Sequence record: NZ_CP020429.2
Length of the DNA stretch: 64,000 nt
Origin: a plasmid
Direction: 5' to 3' (one strand)
Shown here: positions 12,314-23,980 of the stretch, in pieces
Position numbering within the stretch: position 1 is the stretch's first letter
Layout: every line of letters begins with the position of its first letter
The notes under the pieces: generated by a model
Database searches by the model: none
Told to the model about the DNA's origin: nothing
What the model saw: the letters and a program-made list of their open reading frames with translations, nothing else
Program-made: the position numbers and the translations under genes

Positions 12314-15300
12314 TTAAACAAAGTCAAATAGTGAAATTTCTTCGTAAACTTCTACTTCTTCTACCTCATTAACAGAGGTTTCAGAAACTATTTCCGTAGC
12401 AACATTGTCATTATGTTCTTCAGTCATTCCAAAGAGTTCAGAAATACTTTCTAGGAAGTCATCAGCCATATCAAGAACTTCTTGTGAAACAACAACATGA
12501 GTCGTTTCTTCAACGGTTTCTTGTGCAACTACTTCTTCGTCCTCGAAGGCAGCTTCTGCTTCATCTACTGACTCATCGATAACTTCAACAAGTTCGCTTT
12601 CTTCATCAGGATCATAGCTAGCACTATATTCCTCAGTGATTGAGCTAACTTTTACATCAGAGTCTTCATCCATTTCTGGATGGTCTGCCTTATACTGCAA
12701 TTCAAAAGCATTAATAGCCTCTTCAATTTGTTCTACAGTAGGCTTTTTAGACTCATCTTCGACTTCGATAAGAGGATTAACAATGGCACGTTTAGCTGAT
12801 ACATAGTCAAGACGAGCTTGGTCTGCAAAAACATCTGCAGCTTCTCCTCGCTTAATAGTATCTGCACAACGGTCAATGTTTTCCTGCAAAAGTTTGGCTT
12901 GTTTATCCATACCATCAATAACATTGTTGATACGCTGGATAGTCCCAATACCACTCGCAAAATCTAGACGAACAGCATAGCTATTTTGACCGATAATATG
13001 TAAATCAAGCATGCGTTCTGGTTGCCAAGCTGATTTTTGTTCCAACGCACGAAGGACAAAACCACGATAATGAGCAAGGGTTGTCATTTTCATATGGAGT
13101 GGATCAGAGGCAACATTCATCTGCATAGCATAGTTCAGTTGATTTCCAGCAACATCTTTCTTAGTTGCTTCGTATCCATCTGGTTCAAATGTCATAACAA
13201 ATGGGTTATGTTCGACCTCATATTTCTTACCATCTTCTTTTTCAACCACTTCTTTCCAAGGTCTTGTCTTTTCCGCAAGCTCTTTATCCTGGACTAATAG
13301 AGAAAGTTTCTTCTCGTAATTTTCCTTATCTTTAAGGGCTTGCTTAATACGTTTTTGAGACAAAGCAATATCACGTTTCCAAGCCTTACGACGATTAGAC
13401 AACAACTCAAATTCGTTATCAAGTTCCATCTTAAGTTTAAGATATGGATTGCCTGTTGCAATGGCTTTAAATTCAGAGGCTGAGAGTGTTTGCTCATCAA
13501 TATCCTCTGAAGCTCGCATCGGTGTACGACTGGTCATGATTTGCGTAATATAACGGAGCTTTGTTTCTTGAATCTGCCAAAGGTAGTTATCAAAACTTCC
13601 CTTGGTGATATAGTGGAAAATATTTACCTTTCGATAGATATTTCCTTGACGAACCAAGCGTCCATTACGTTGGATAATATCAGACGGTTTCCAAGGCACA
13701 TCGAGATGATGAACAGCTTTCATACGACGTTGTACGTTAAGACCGGTTCCCCTTTTTCCGTTGAAGCCATGAGAATACGAATCTCACCAGCATTCATTTG
13801 ACGTTGAAGTTGGAGCTTAGCCTTTTTGTTAGCAGCATCGTGAATAAAAGCAATCTCTTCTTCTGGAATTCCTCGTTCAACAAGCAAATCTTTCAACTCT
13901 TGATAAACAGAGAAACCCTTGCCATTAGGAGTTCCAAGGTCAGAGAAAATCATTTGTGTCCCTTTATGCTTAGCCTCCATGTGATAAATCTTATCCACTC
14001 TCTCAACCACTTGCATGAGTTTATCTGCATCAGCTCTTACATAGAACTCCGCATCCAGCAAACGCATGTCTAAAGCCAACTTTCTGGCTTCACTAGTGAT
14101 TTTGAGCATGTTATCTTCACTAGGATCTACACTCCCATTTTTAACTCGATCTGAGCGTTCTACAAGCTCATCCAAATAAACCTTTTGGTTATCCGTCAAC
14201 TGACTTTCAACCGCTACCTTTTCTACCATAGGAACTGGAAGATTAAGGTCTTCAGTCATTTGAATATCTGCGGTCTGACGATAAATCGCCATCAGCTCAG
14301 GGAGATTCATAAATTTAGCAAAGCGTTTACGTGAAATATACTTGTCTCCAGTAGGGTTAAGTTCAAGACTATTCTCAACAATCCCAAACGCACCAACCCA
14401 AGCATCAAAGAAACTTACACCGAAGTGTTCCATGACATCTGGTTGAAGATAATTCATCATCGTATACATTTCGCTAATAGAGTTGGAAACTGGTGTTCCA
14501 GTCGCAAAGACAACGTGACGTGTATCATGCTCTTCTTGAAGCACGCGCACCTTCATTTCCATATCCATATTCTTTTTTGAGGTACGGTTGGTAATACCAG
14601 CAACGTTCCCCAAACGTGTCATAGGACGGACATTCTTGTACCCGTGGGCTTCATCAACAAAGAGCATATCAATACCAAGGCTTTCAAAGTTGATAAACTC
14701 ATCAATACCAGTCTTATTTTCAAGCAACGTTTCTAAGTTTGCCTCAAGACTTCTACGCATCGATTGTGCTTGCTTAAAAGTAATTTTGTCGTCATTAGCT
14801 TTTGCGTAACCAATGATCTCATCAAGCTCATCAATCTTTTCAGAAATAAAGGCTTGTTCACGTTCTTGTGAGACACGAACTTTCTCAAATTGAGAATGTC
14901 CAATCACAATTCCATCATAGTCGCTGGTTAGAATACGAGAAACGAACAAGCGACGTCGTGACTTTTCAAAATCCTGCTCAGTCGTAACAAACACTTTCTT
15001 GGTAGGGTAGAAACGCATAATTTCTTGACCAAATTGTGCTGTTAGACTAGACGGAACCACAAACAATGGTTTATGAATAAGCCCAAGCTCTTTCATCTTG
15101 AAAGCTGCTGAAATCATGGTTAGTGTCTTACCAGTACCCACTTCGTGAGCGAGGAGTGCACGTCTCTCTTCAAGAATACGTTGTACCGCATTTTTTTGGT
15201 GAGGGCGAAGCTCTACTCCTTTAGCCAAGCCATCAAATTCCAAGAGACTTCCATCATATTGACGTGTCACATAGCGATTAAAGACTTCATTGTAGGTATC

Positions 15301-17826
15301 TTCAATCACTTCTTGGACTGTTGGGTTTTCATGAATAAAGTTCTTAAAGCTTTCTTGTAGAACACGCTCACACTCACGTAGGTTTGCTGTAGCCACTTCA
15401 TCAACCTTACGTATCGGGTTTTCAGTCGTACCAAAGTTACGCATGATTGTTGGTTGATTACTTGTAAGCAAGTGAGCAACAATATCTGTTGCGTGTGAGT
15501 AGCTTTTATTGTACTCATCACGTAGACCTAAACGAAGGTTAGATTGACGACTCATATAGCAGTTTAACAAGCGTTCGTTGAAACCTCGTCCGATTCTGGA
15601 TGTCACTAATAGTGATTTAGCTTCTTCAGAATGCAGACCAACTTTTTCATCCAACAATTCACTAAACACCCATTGAGAAACGACGTTACTAGGAATCCAG
15701 CTAGAACCAATGCTGAAATCAATATCAGATAAGACAACTGGTTCTGGTACAACAGATAAAATCAATTCCAAATAACGTTCCCAATCCGCTTGTGTATCTC
15801 CGTCTTCAATGAGAGAGTTAATACAATCACGTTTGGCTAGAACATCACCTGAAAGGAATTTATCCTTAGTAACATAGTGTACAGTCTTATCATCAATATA
15901 GCGTTCCACATCAATCATTACTGTCTCACCTAGTTCTGAAATCATCATATCTTCTGAAACATCTGGATAGACAGAACTCATGAGGTTCAAATCAACGCCA
16001 CGACCTTCCGAAAGCGACACATTCAAGGCTTCTACTGCTGACATCACTTGATGAAGGTGTTTTTTAGGACGAATGGTTGGCTTTTTAAAAGCATCTGACT
16101 TCACAAAGACTACCTTTGAGCTGTCATTCTCGTCCAACTCCTCTAACTCAAGACTAGCGATAAGAGGATAACGATCATCTCGGTCAAAGAGGCGAGCATT
16201 CACCGCTTGATTGATATAACCATACTTCTTCTTGAAAGTATCGTAGGCTTGATTAAGTGTTGCAAGCAGTTGTTTGAATTTCCCTTCATCATAGTCTGTC
16301 GTCATTTGAATATCAATAATGGCTTGATACGCATTTTTGATAGCAACCATGCCACGGATACGCTTGTTTTCTGTATCCGTAAGGGGTGTTTCATAGAAAT
16401 AAATACCTTTGTAAAGCCCTTTACTTTTAGCTGCTTTAGAAGGTGTTTGACTTACCCATGTATTCGTAACAATATTAGGGTCTGCTTCTACTGCTGCTTC
16501 AAAGTCTAAAATGGCTTCTTCTTTGTATTTATCATCATATTTTACGAACTGTCCTTGTTCGTCTTGATAAAAAATCATCTCAGCTGCTCGTGAGCTAGGA
16601 CGGATAGACGTGTTATCACGATAATAGACATGCCCATTTTTATCACAAGCATACTCGTTCAATCGAATATCAAGTGAAGCAAGTAAGTCTTGGTCAAGAT
16701 GATTCACTTCTTCTTTAAGGATAATATCACGAGGTTCTAGTCTCTCCACTTCGAAAGGCACTGTTACTTTTGATAGTGCTTCTTGAAGCTCTGAAGCTAA
16801 GTCAAAGGAGCTATCTACCACAAGATCCAGTGTTCCACCATTGAAATGACGTACCTGATAATCACCTAGAACACAAGGATTTTTACAAATAGCATCCTGG
16901 AAGAAATAGGGATTGAGTGAGACACGTTTATCAAAGGGGAGTTTATTTCTATCTGAAGACCAGAAGTCGATATTAGTATCGGGAACAGGGATAAAAGCTC
17001 CTTTTTGGAAAAAGAGGATATCTGTTACCACTCGTGTTCCAGCATCTTTAAAAGCAGTATTTGGTAAGCGGACACCACCTAAAAACTGAGTTCCACTACG
17101 ACGGAGTTCTGGCAGAATTGAACCAGCACTCTTATCTGCAGTACCAGTTGAAGTGATAGCTGCAACCATCCCATGATAGGGTACCAAATCGATAGCTTTC
17201 TTAAAGAAGTAATCATGAATACGATAAGGTTTATTATCATAAGCCTTATCGACAATGCGAACATCCGCAAACGGAACATTCGTAATGACCAAGTCAAATG
17301 GTGTCCCTTCAAAGTTTACTGTTTCAAATCCTTGGACTAAAACAGTAGCATCTTGATGAAGGTGTTTAGCAATAGCACCTGTAACGGTATCAAGTTCAAT
17401 TCCATAAAGAGTAGAATTCTTCTTGATATCCTCTGGCATTGTTTCAAAGAAGATACCAGTACCCATTGATGGATCAAGAATATTACCTCCTTTAAAACCA
17501 CTTTCTACAATCTTATCCCACATTGCAGTAGCAATCTCTGGACTTGTGTAGTAAGCCGTTAAGGAGCTCATTTCCATCGCACGATATTCTTCTTTAGTGA
17601 CAAGACTTTTTAGCTCATCACGTTCTTTTGCAAAACGATTAATCTTACTATCAAAGAAATCGTTAGCAAGTCCTCCCCAACCAACATAGTTAGAGAGAAT
17701 TTCTTGTTCGGCACTGTCAGCTAGACGGTTATCTGATTCTAGTGCTTTCACAAGTTTAATGGCAGAAAGGTTAGCTTGAACCTTTTCTGCTTTAGTCATT
17801 GTTTTATTTTGTTTTTGTTCTTCCAT
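12314..17826 (-). pseudogene. Fused N6-adenine DNA methyltransferase and SNF2/DEAH helicase, DarB-like. It is split into two ORFs by a frameshift in a homopolymer.
   Basis: The methyltransferase motif NVPF is present. The helicase motif I LAHEVGTGKTLT and motif II LFVDEAHGYKN are present. Helicase motif V is broken. ORF 13720..17826 ends in ..STEKGEPVLTYNVV*. The alternative frame reads STEKGGTGLNVQRRMKAVHHLDVPWKP and continues into ORF 12314..13723. The break lies in the ccccttttt run at about 13722-13732. Confidence 0.75.
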
Positions 17827-17883
17827 TGTTGTTCTTTCTCCTTAAAACTAAAAAAGACCTGGTATAATACCAAGTCTTTCTTT

Positions 17884-18579
17884 TTAGTTGTAGTATTTGT
17901 TTATACGACTCAAAAATATGTGAGCCTCTCGTGTTTTCCTGTTTTTGAGGAACTCAATAAAACTATCTTGAATGTCAAAAGAGAATGTTCCAGCCAGTTC
18001 ACATTGCTTATCAAAGCTTTTGCTGACTGTCATAGCTTTACTCTTACGAATAGCTACATGCGTGGGCATTGTTCTGGGAAAGGTAACTCCTAGAGAGTAA
18101 CCAAAATCAAACAAAGTTAATAGATATGGCGGTTCATCTTTAGAAAAGATAATCCCAAAGTTATTCCAGTGTCTATCAACATTTAAGGTTAAGCGATCAA
18201 TCTCAAAGAGTCTGGCAAATATCGAATCAAGCTCAGCTTCTGAAAAACCAATCTCAGCCAACTCTTTTTTCAAAAAGTTATACTGCTCTTGAGGTTGTTT
18301 CTTGGCTATTTGTTCGATATCTGATTCCGTATACCCCCTTTGTTGCAGCAAACGAAACATCGTAACGAAGCTTCCACCTTCTGGTATGAAATTTTGTGAA
18401 CGACAAAGATCACTACCTACTTTTTCGTAAGGTACATAATCTTTAATCCCACAACTTTTCAAAAACTCAGATACTAGAAACTCAGCTTCAGCTTCTCCAC
18501 CAAAAAAGTCTCTCTTATAGAAATAGTCATCTTTCAACCATTTCTCTTGAGTTCCTTTGCTAGAAGTAAATACAGTCAT
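17884..18579 (-). CDS. HipA-like, kinase-fold protein of 231 aa. A possible HipT-like toxin kinase.
   Basis: The motif LNVDRHWNNFGII fits the HipA catalytic D.H..N motif. A downstream LFDFGYSLG is DFG-like. The N-terminal HipA domain is absent. Confidence 0.45.
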   Translation of the reverse strand: MTVFTSSKGTQEKWLKDDYFYKRDFFGGEAEAEFLVSEFLKSCGIKDYVPYEKVGSDLCRSQNFIPEGGSFVTMFRLLQQRGYTESDIEQIAKKQPQEQYNFLKKELAEIGFSEAELDSIFARLFEIDRLTLNVDRHWNNFGIIFSKDEPPYLLTLFDFGYSLGVTFPRTMPTHVAIRKSKAMTVSKSFDKQCELAGTFSFDIQDSFIEFLKNRKTREAHIFLSRINKYYN

Positions 18580-18589
18580 AGTATCTCTC

Positions 18590-19033
18590 CTATTTTCTAC
18601 TTAAATTAGGATGATGATCTTCTAAAACAAATGGCTCATCATTGAGTTCTGGTATTGATACCCAATAAAAATCATCAGTATCAAAACCGTGTGTCATAGC
18701 AATTTCGTGCCAGACATCGGGAGCTGTATAGGTATAACCTAAAAGTTCCTTTCGGTTTTTTCGTCCAAAATCAATTTGACGCCCTTTTAGAAAATCTACC
18801 ATACGTTCATAGGTGAATTCTGTGTTCAACAAAAAATCATCTTTCCTTTCAAACGTATCTAAGGTTTTACTGATTGTATCAACCAGGTATTTTCCAATCA
18901 TCTTTTTATTATTATAAAGAACAATAGTCAACTTCATGACGCTTCTCCCTGAATTATACATGAAATCACGTATAGTGTTATCTCTAGTATAACATGAAAA
19001 CGCAGTTGACTCATAATGAGTTCTCAGTTTCAT
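18590..19033 (-). CDS. Hypothetical 147-aa protein co-transcribed with the HipA-like kinase. A possible HipS-like partner.
   Basis: An ORF that ends 11 bp upstream of the kinase start. No motifs were recognised. Confidence 0.35.
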   Translation of the reverse strand: MKLRTHYESTAFSCYTRDNTIRDFMYNSGRSVMKLTIVLYNNKKMIGKYLVDTISKTLDTFERKDDFLLNTEFTYERMVDFLKGRQIDFGRKNRKELLGYTYTAPDVWHEIAMTHGFDTDDFYWVSIPELNDEPFVLEDHHPNLSRK

Positions 19034-19348
19034 TTTTTCTCCTTTTATCTAAAACTCAATTTTAAGCTTTCCACAATGGGCTAAGAAAAGTTCTGCTTCT
19101 TTCTTTGCCTCTTCATCTGCAGCCTTGTTCCTTTCTCCTTTCAGTTGAATGATCCTATTGTTTTTCAATTCAAGAGTATAGAGAGGGGTTTCTCTGTGTG
19201 CCTTATCACGAACAAAGACAATAATAGAAGTTCCGTAGACAAAGTGTTTTTTTGCATAACTTCCAACACAATGATGTAGGTTTTTGCCTTCTTTGACAAT
19301 TTCACTTTCGTCTTTAGGAAAGATAAAAGCATACTTGTCAAATGCGGT

Positions 19349-20596
19349 CTAAGCCTTCATCATGTTTGTCAAACGTTTAGCTGTTTCAACCCTCAACTTC
19401 GCCTCTTTCTTTTCGTCCTCAAGGCGTTGTTTCTCTGCTCTCAAATCTCTGACAGCATTAGTTACACGTAAATATGTACCACGTGCTTGTTGATTCTCGA
19501 GAAGAGCTGAATAATTTTCTACGATCTCTGTATGTTTATTTTCCCAATTTTTGGGGATAACTACATAATCTCCATCAAATGGAATTCCCAGAGCTTCTAC
19601 CATTTCTTGATAGTCCTCATAATCACGAAGGGAGATATTGTTTTTCATCATCCAGTTAATAAAACGAATTGGTTTCACAGTGGATGGTATGATACTTTCC
19701 AAACGATTAATTAGTGGCTTCTTGTCAGAAATCATAGCGTTTATAATCAACTCATATAACCCCTCGAAGGTTCGACCATATCGTCTACGCAAATCTTCCT
19801 CGAAAAATGCCTTTTCAACATTTATATCCGTATTTTTTAGATACTGTTTATTCCTTCTGAGAAAATTCATAGTAACCTTACCCATATTTGCATGCTTATG
19901 TCCAAGACTACATGAGTAATAAGACCTATAAAACGTAGTACCTACCAATTCTTTGACGACTCCACGCGCCTTTATTTTTTGAGCGAATTCAATACGTTCT
20001 CGATATTTATAGATATGAGGTAGCACTGAGCTTATCTCGAAATTTTCTTTAATCACTTCATCAAAATCTAAGTATCTCAACTCAGATTTTGTTTGTAACT
20101 TTTCAATAAGATTTTCCATACCACCATAAAGCGTATAGACACTAAATGCACCAGAGCCAAAAAAGAGAGCATTTCTCTGATTTTGGAATCCAGTACTATA
20201 GGCTTCTTTACCTTCTTTAGCTGAAAAATATGGATCCCAGTGTGCTTTTACCATCTTATTGTTGGCAAGCTGATAAAAGTTATAAAGGCTGACGTCAAAC
20301 TTTTCTTTTCCTTCTTCAAATGATTGAGTCACTGCATACATTTGCATTTCAATGCGCTTCTTTGTGACTCCCATCCAGACAAAGTAAAAAGTATCTCCTA
20401 CAAAGGTTAAACGGCTGTTAAGTGATAAGCGTTTTGTAACCTTTTCCGAGAATTTTTTTCGGTCAGAAGAGATAATTGTCTTAGACTTATTTGACCATTC
20501 ATAGATAGGAAAATTATTCTTCGCCCATTTGAAAAATCCGTTAGGAACTTTTAAACGATTATCTACGATTTCTTGAATATTCTCTGCTTTTGTCAT
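19349..20596 (-). CDS. Hypothetical 415-aa protein of the conjugative-element accessory type.
   Basis: A long ORF with an RBS. No catalytic motifs were recognised. It may be PcfJ-like, but that is unverified. Confidence 0.35.
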   Translation of the reverse strand: MTKAENIQEIVDNRLKVPNGFFKWAKNNFPIYEWSNKSKTIISSDRKKFSEKVTKRLSLNSRLTFVGDTFYFVWMGVTKKRIEMQMYAVTQSFEEGKEKFDVSLYNFYQLANNKMVKAHWDPYFSAKEGKEAYSTGFQNQRNALFFGSGAFSVYTLYGGMENLIEKLQTKSELRYLDFDEVIKENFEISSVLPHIYKYRERIEFAQKIKARGVVKELVGTTFYRSYYSCSLGHKHANMGKVTMNFLRRNKQYLKNTDINVEKAFFEEDLRRRYGRTFEGLYELIINAMISDKKPLINRLESIIPSTVKPIRFINWMMKNNISLRDYEDYQEMVEALGIPFDGDYVVIPKNWENKHTEIVENYSALLENQQARGTYLRVTNAVRDLRAEKQRLEDEKKEAKLRVETAKRLTNMMKA

Positions 20597-20654
20597 TGTT
20601 TTTCTCCTTAATTAATAAAAAATGGCCCTAGGACCATTTTTCTATTTATTGTTG

Positions 20655-21161
20655 TTAAAATTCGCCTTCTTCAACAGATAAATCTGAAAAAAGATCTAAC
20701 TGTTTCTCATCCTTTTCAGGAGTTTTCTTAGTTGGGATTTTCTTTTTAGTTTCTGTTTTAGTTAGGCTCTTATTCTGTTTCTTTTTTGGCTTCTTAGTTG
20801 GTTGCTTGGTTGATTTCTTACTACCAGTAGTCATTTTTCCTACAACTGATTTAGTCTCAACTTTTTCAGCAGTAAAATACTCCTTAACCCAAGAAAAGAC
20901 TGTAGCATCATCAACCATAGCACCTTGACCATTTCTATAGTCAGATTTACTGGCTTTTCTGATACAGTAACCCATAGCATCCTTAATCGTACGATCAAGA
21001 TGTTTGAGAATTCCAGCAATCAGCTCATCATCCTCTTGATGATCAACTATCCAATTATGAATAGCATCCTCAGTCGGTGTGTGAGCTTCTGCCATTTCAT
21101 CATCAAAATGGCTTACTGCCATGAAGCGGTCAAAAGCATCAATCTTAATTTTATCTGTCAT
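20655..21161 (-). CDS. Hypothetical 168-aa protein with an acidic N-terminal domain and a lysine-rich C-terminal tail.
   Basis: An ORF with a KKSTKQPTKKPKKKQNK tail. It may be PcfK-like, but that is unverified. Confidence 0.35.
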   Translation of the reverse strand: MTDKIKIDAFDRFMAVSHFDDEMAEAHTPTEDAIHNWIVDHQEDDELIAGILKHLDRTIKDAMGYCIRKASKSDYRNGQGAMVDDATVFSWVKEYFTAEKVETKSVVGKMTTGSKKSTKQPTKKPKKKQNKSLTKTETKKKIPTKKTPEKDEKQLDLFSDLSVEEGEF

Positions 21162-21176
21162 TGTTTTTCTCCTCTT

Positions 21177-21989
21177 TTATTTAACCAAAGCTACGTTTCG
21201 TTTCCCATCTTGTCCTTGTTTCATTTCTAAAACATCATGTGGGATTGAAAAGTCATCTTGATAGGCTGTTGTAACAACACTTAATCCTGCAGAAACAGCC
21301 TTAAGTACTGCTTCTACTTCTTCTCGTGTATTAGCTTCACCAATAAACAAGACATTAGGATTAAAGCGTGGGACTAAAGTGACCAGAGCATCATAGTCCA
21401 TACGGTTAACCTCATTGACTTGTAGCTGGCTAAAAGATACATCCTTAATTTCGACATGTCTTTCGATTGTTATTACTTTACCTTCTTTAAAAGCCTCAGA
21501 AAGTAACAAGTAAGCTAAAGTCGTTTTGCCAACACCTGCACAACCAGTAATGACGTGCAATCCTGGAATACGTACTTGTTCAATCACATTTTCCAAACCA
21601 CTATCAACATCAAAGTCACGCAAAGAGATTCGATGCTCCTCTCCATTGATGCAAGTTTTAGGATAATCTAAAAGTCGGATAGACATCGTTTCTAGGCCTT
21701 GAAAATTACCTATCGTCGATATCCTTATGGCGATAACTCTACCATCATCCAACTGATAGTCACAAGTTCCTAGCTGACCACGACGTTTTTCAATCACATT
21801 CATATCCGCTAGGCATTTCATATGACTAAATAGAGCATCCGCATCTTCTGATGAAATGTGGTCATAGACCTGTTTAACATCAGCTTTTCTAAATGCCACT
21901 TCGTAATCTTCACCATGCGGGAAGAAGGTAATATCTTGAGCTCCGTTATTAATAGCTTCTTTTAGTACCATTTTAATGTAAGTAATCAT
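21177..21989 (-). CDS. Compact PilT/VirB11/GspE-family secretion ATPase-like protein.
   Basis: The Walker A motif is GLHVITGCAGVGKTTL. An Asp box VITIERHVE matches ITIEDPVE. A Walker B-like motif RFNPNVLFIGEANTREE matches DPDvimVGEiRD. A His-box-like motif GLSVVTTAYQDD is present. Confidence 0.55.
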   Translation of the reverse strand: MITYIKMVLKEAINNGAQDITFFPHGEDYEVAFRKADVKQVYDHISSEDADALFSHMKCLADMNVIEKRRGQLGTCDYQLDDGRVIAIRISTIGNFQGLETMSIRLLDYPKTCINGEEHRISLRDFDVDSGLENVIEQVRIPGLHVITGCAGVGKTTLAYLLLSEAFKEGKVITIERHVEIKDVSFSQLQVNEVNRMDYDALVTLVPRFNPNVLFIGEANTREEVEAVLKAVSAGLSVVTTAYQDDFSIPHDVLEMKQGQDGKRNVALVK

Positions 21990-22390
21990 TGTTTTTCTCC
22001 TTGTTCCGTTTCTAGTAACAGCTTTAACTCTGCAGCTTCTTTCTGCAATTCACGAATCGTACTCAACAACTCGTAACGTTTGGAAAGAACCTTATCTCTA
22101 TCAAGAATGGTAGTTTTATTGATAAGGTCAACCTTATCAATTTTATACAGTTTACAGAGCTTAGAAAATTGTGGTTCTTTAGGAATAGACCGTCCTTTTT
22201 CATAATTATTGACAGTTCCTTTAAAAACCCCAATTCTATTTGCAACGTCTTGAAGAGATAGAGGTCTATCTAATTCTTTCCTAGCTGTTTCTAGTATTGA
22301 ACCTAATGCCACTCTATCTAAAGTGTAAAAAGGTTCCAAATATTTCTTGACCGTCATTTCAGTCATTGTTTTTCTCCTCTCAGAACTCAA
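21986..22390 (-). CDS. XRE-family helix-turn-helix transcriptional regulator.
   Basis: The motif LSLQDVANRIGVFKGTVNNYEKGRSIP is a classic HTH_3. The gene overlaps the upstream gene's stop by 11 bp. Confidence 0.7.
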   Translation of the reverse strand: MSSERRKTMTEMTVKKYLEPFYTLDRVALGSILETARKELDRPLSLQDVANRIGVFKGTVNNYEKGRSIPKEPQFSKLCKLYKIDKVDLINKTTILDRDKVLSKRYELLSTIRELQKEAAELKLLLETEQGEKQ

Positions 22391-23864
22391 ACAAGCTTAA
22401 CTGTTCTCCTTCAGTTGTTGGTTTATCTTCAAGTGGCTTTCGACAAGCTACTAGTGTTTTTGGCTCCTTCTCAACCTTATAAATAGGTTGCATTGCACGA
22501 TAGTTCTCAAAGAACGTGTCAAAAAATGCAAACAAAAGGTGTCGACATTGCCTCAAAGCTCTATACTCTAATCGAGTATAGTAAGTAGCTTCATCAGATA
22601 GCAGTTCTGAATCTTTGGTATAAGTTTCAAAAACCCACCATTCAAAGCCACGTGCAAACACTTCAGTCGGGGTCAAATAATAATCCAACTTCTTCTTAAT
22701 ATGAACAGCTTGAGCTAAGTCCGTTCTGGTTTCCTCTGCTATTTGAATAAGTTTCAGCAAGCTAGCCTTGTAGATATAACGAATATCTTTAAAGCTATGA
22801 GACGTAGAACTAATGATTCCAGCTTTATCATACGTATAGTCTAAATAATGACCATACTCATGGATGAAGGATGAGGAATCTCTTACATCAACTGCCATGA
22901 TATTTAACCCTGGCACATAAAGTCCGCTTGCTTTATGTTTTCCTAGCTTTCGGAATTTGAGTTCGGGCTCTACAGTAGAATGAGGTAAGTGATTACACAA
23001 CTTCTCCCATTCTTTCTCTAGAACCCTGAATTTCTCCTTGTCAAAATCACGACCTCGATAACGCTCGGTATCTACTTCGACCTTTGAAAACCCTAAATCA
23101 AGAAATGTCGTGTTACTGTTCATTTCATGATCTTGAAAGATTTTATCCTCACGCACACTGGCTATCGTCTTAGTTGACTGATTAACATATTGTGCATTTA
23201 GGTTTGCTGCAAGTGCATCTTCATACTCTCTTTTTAGAACGTTAGCTATTTTTTGGATATTTCCATAATAACTACATTCCTTGTAGATCCCTTCACTATG
23301 GATAGACATCAACTCAAGAAAGCTAAAAGATACTAGTCCATACCTCGTTTGAGAACTACTCTCTCTCCAAAAGCTTAGGTTTTTCTTCAAAGGTACTCTA
23401 ACCTTTGAATCGTCGACAATGAGAAGATACAAAGTGCGTTTGGTATCTTCTGCACTTTTAGTAGCAGGTAATCTACTCCCATGGAGTGTGAGAAGAATCT
23501 GTTCACCGAAAAGGTATTCCTGATTTTCTTCATCCCTCAAGCTCATGCCCTCGAACAGTCTTTTTAGTTTATTCGAAAAATGTGCTTGATCATAACCAAT
23601 GGTTTCAATATCAGCCATGATGTCTTTGACTTTATAGGCTGTATAGACATTATCTTGTCCGAATACCTCTACTGCTAGTGCTCCGACTTCTTGAGATAAA
23701 AGTTCATGACATTGATATCTGCGGATATTCGCATAGTAAGTACAAAACTTTCTCACGATATCTGCAGCTTTATCAGTCTCTTTTATCTTAGGAAAAGTGA
23801 CTTTTTTAGTCGTTTGTTGTGCTACTGCTAGTAAATTTGCCATTGTTTTTCTCCTTAATAGCAA
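22380..23864 (-). CDS. 494-aa protein with an HExxH zinc-metallopeptidase motif. A possible ImmA/IrrE-like or ArdC-like protease.
   Basis: The motif HEYGHYLDY lies in the C-terminal half. The gene is immediately followed, in the same operon, by the XRE HTH gene. Confidence 0.4.
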   Translation of the reverse strand: MLLRRKTMANLLAVAQQTTKKVTFPKIKETDKAADIVRKFCTYYANIRRYQCHELLSQEVGALAVEVFGQDNVYTAYKVKDIMADIETIGYDQAHFSNKLKRLFEGMSLRDEENQEYLFGEQILLTLHGSRLPATKSAEDTKRTLYLLIVDDSKVRVPLKKNLSFWRESSSQTRYGLVSFSFLELMSIHSEGIYKECSYYGNIQKIANVLKREYEDALAANLNAQYVNQSTKTIASVREDKIFQDHEMNSNTTFLDLGFSKVEVDTERYRGRDFDKEKFRVLEKEWEKLCNHLPHSTVEPELKFRKLGKHKASGLYVPGLNIMAVDVRDSSSFIHEYGHYLDYTYDKAGIISSTSHSFKDIRYIYKASLLKLIQIAEETRTDLAQAVHIKKKLDYYLTPTEVFARGFEWWVFETYTKDSELLSDEATYYTRLEYRALRQCRHLLFAFFDTFFENYRAMQPIYKVEKEPKTLVACRKPLEDKPTTEGEQLSLFEF

Positions 23865-23980
23865 AAAGGAAGGTAAAGCTTAAAGCTACTACCTTCCTCT
23901 TTCTCTTATATGTACTATGTACGATACACTATGAACTATACATAGTATGACATACAATTTATTGCGTAAAAAAAGGAAAC

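Noticed and set aside
13037-16509. Several 70-100-aa ORFs inside the giant methyltransferase/helicase gene on the opposite or same strand: 13037, 13294, 13541, 13798, 14588, 15145, 15306 and 16207.
   Set aside because: They are embedded in a long, motif-bearing ORF and have no independent signals. They are spurious.
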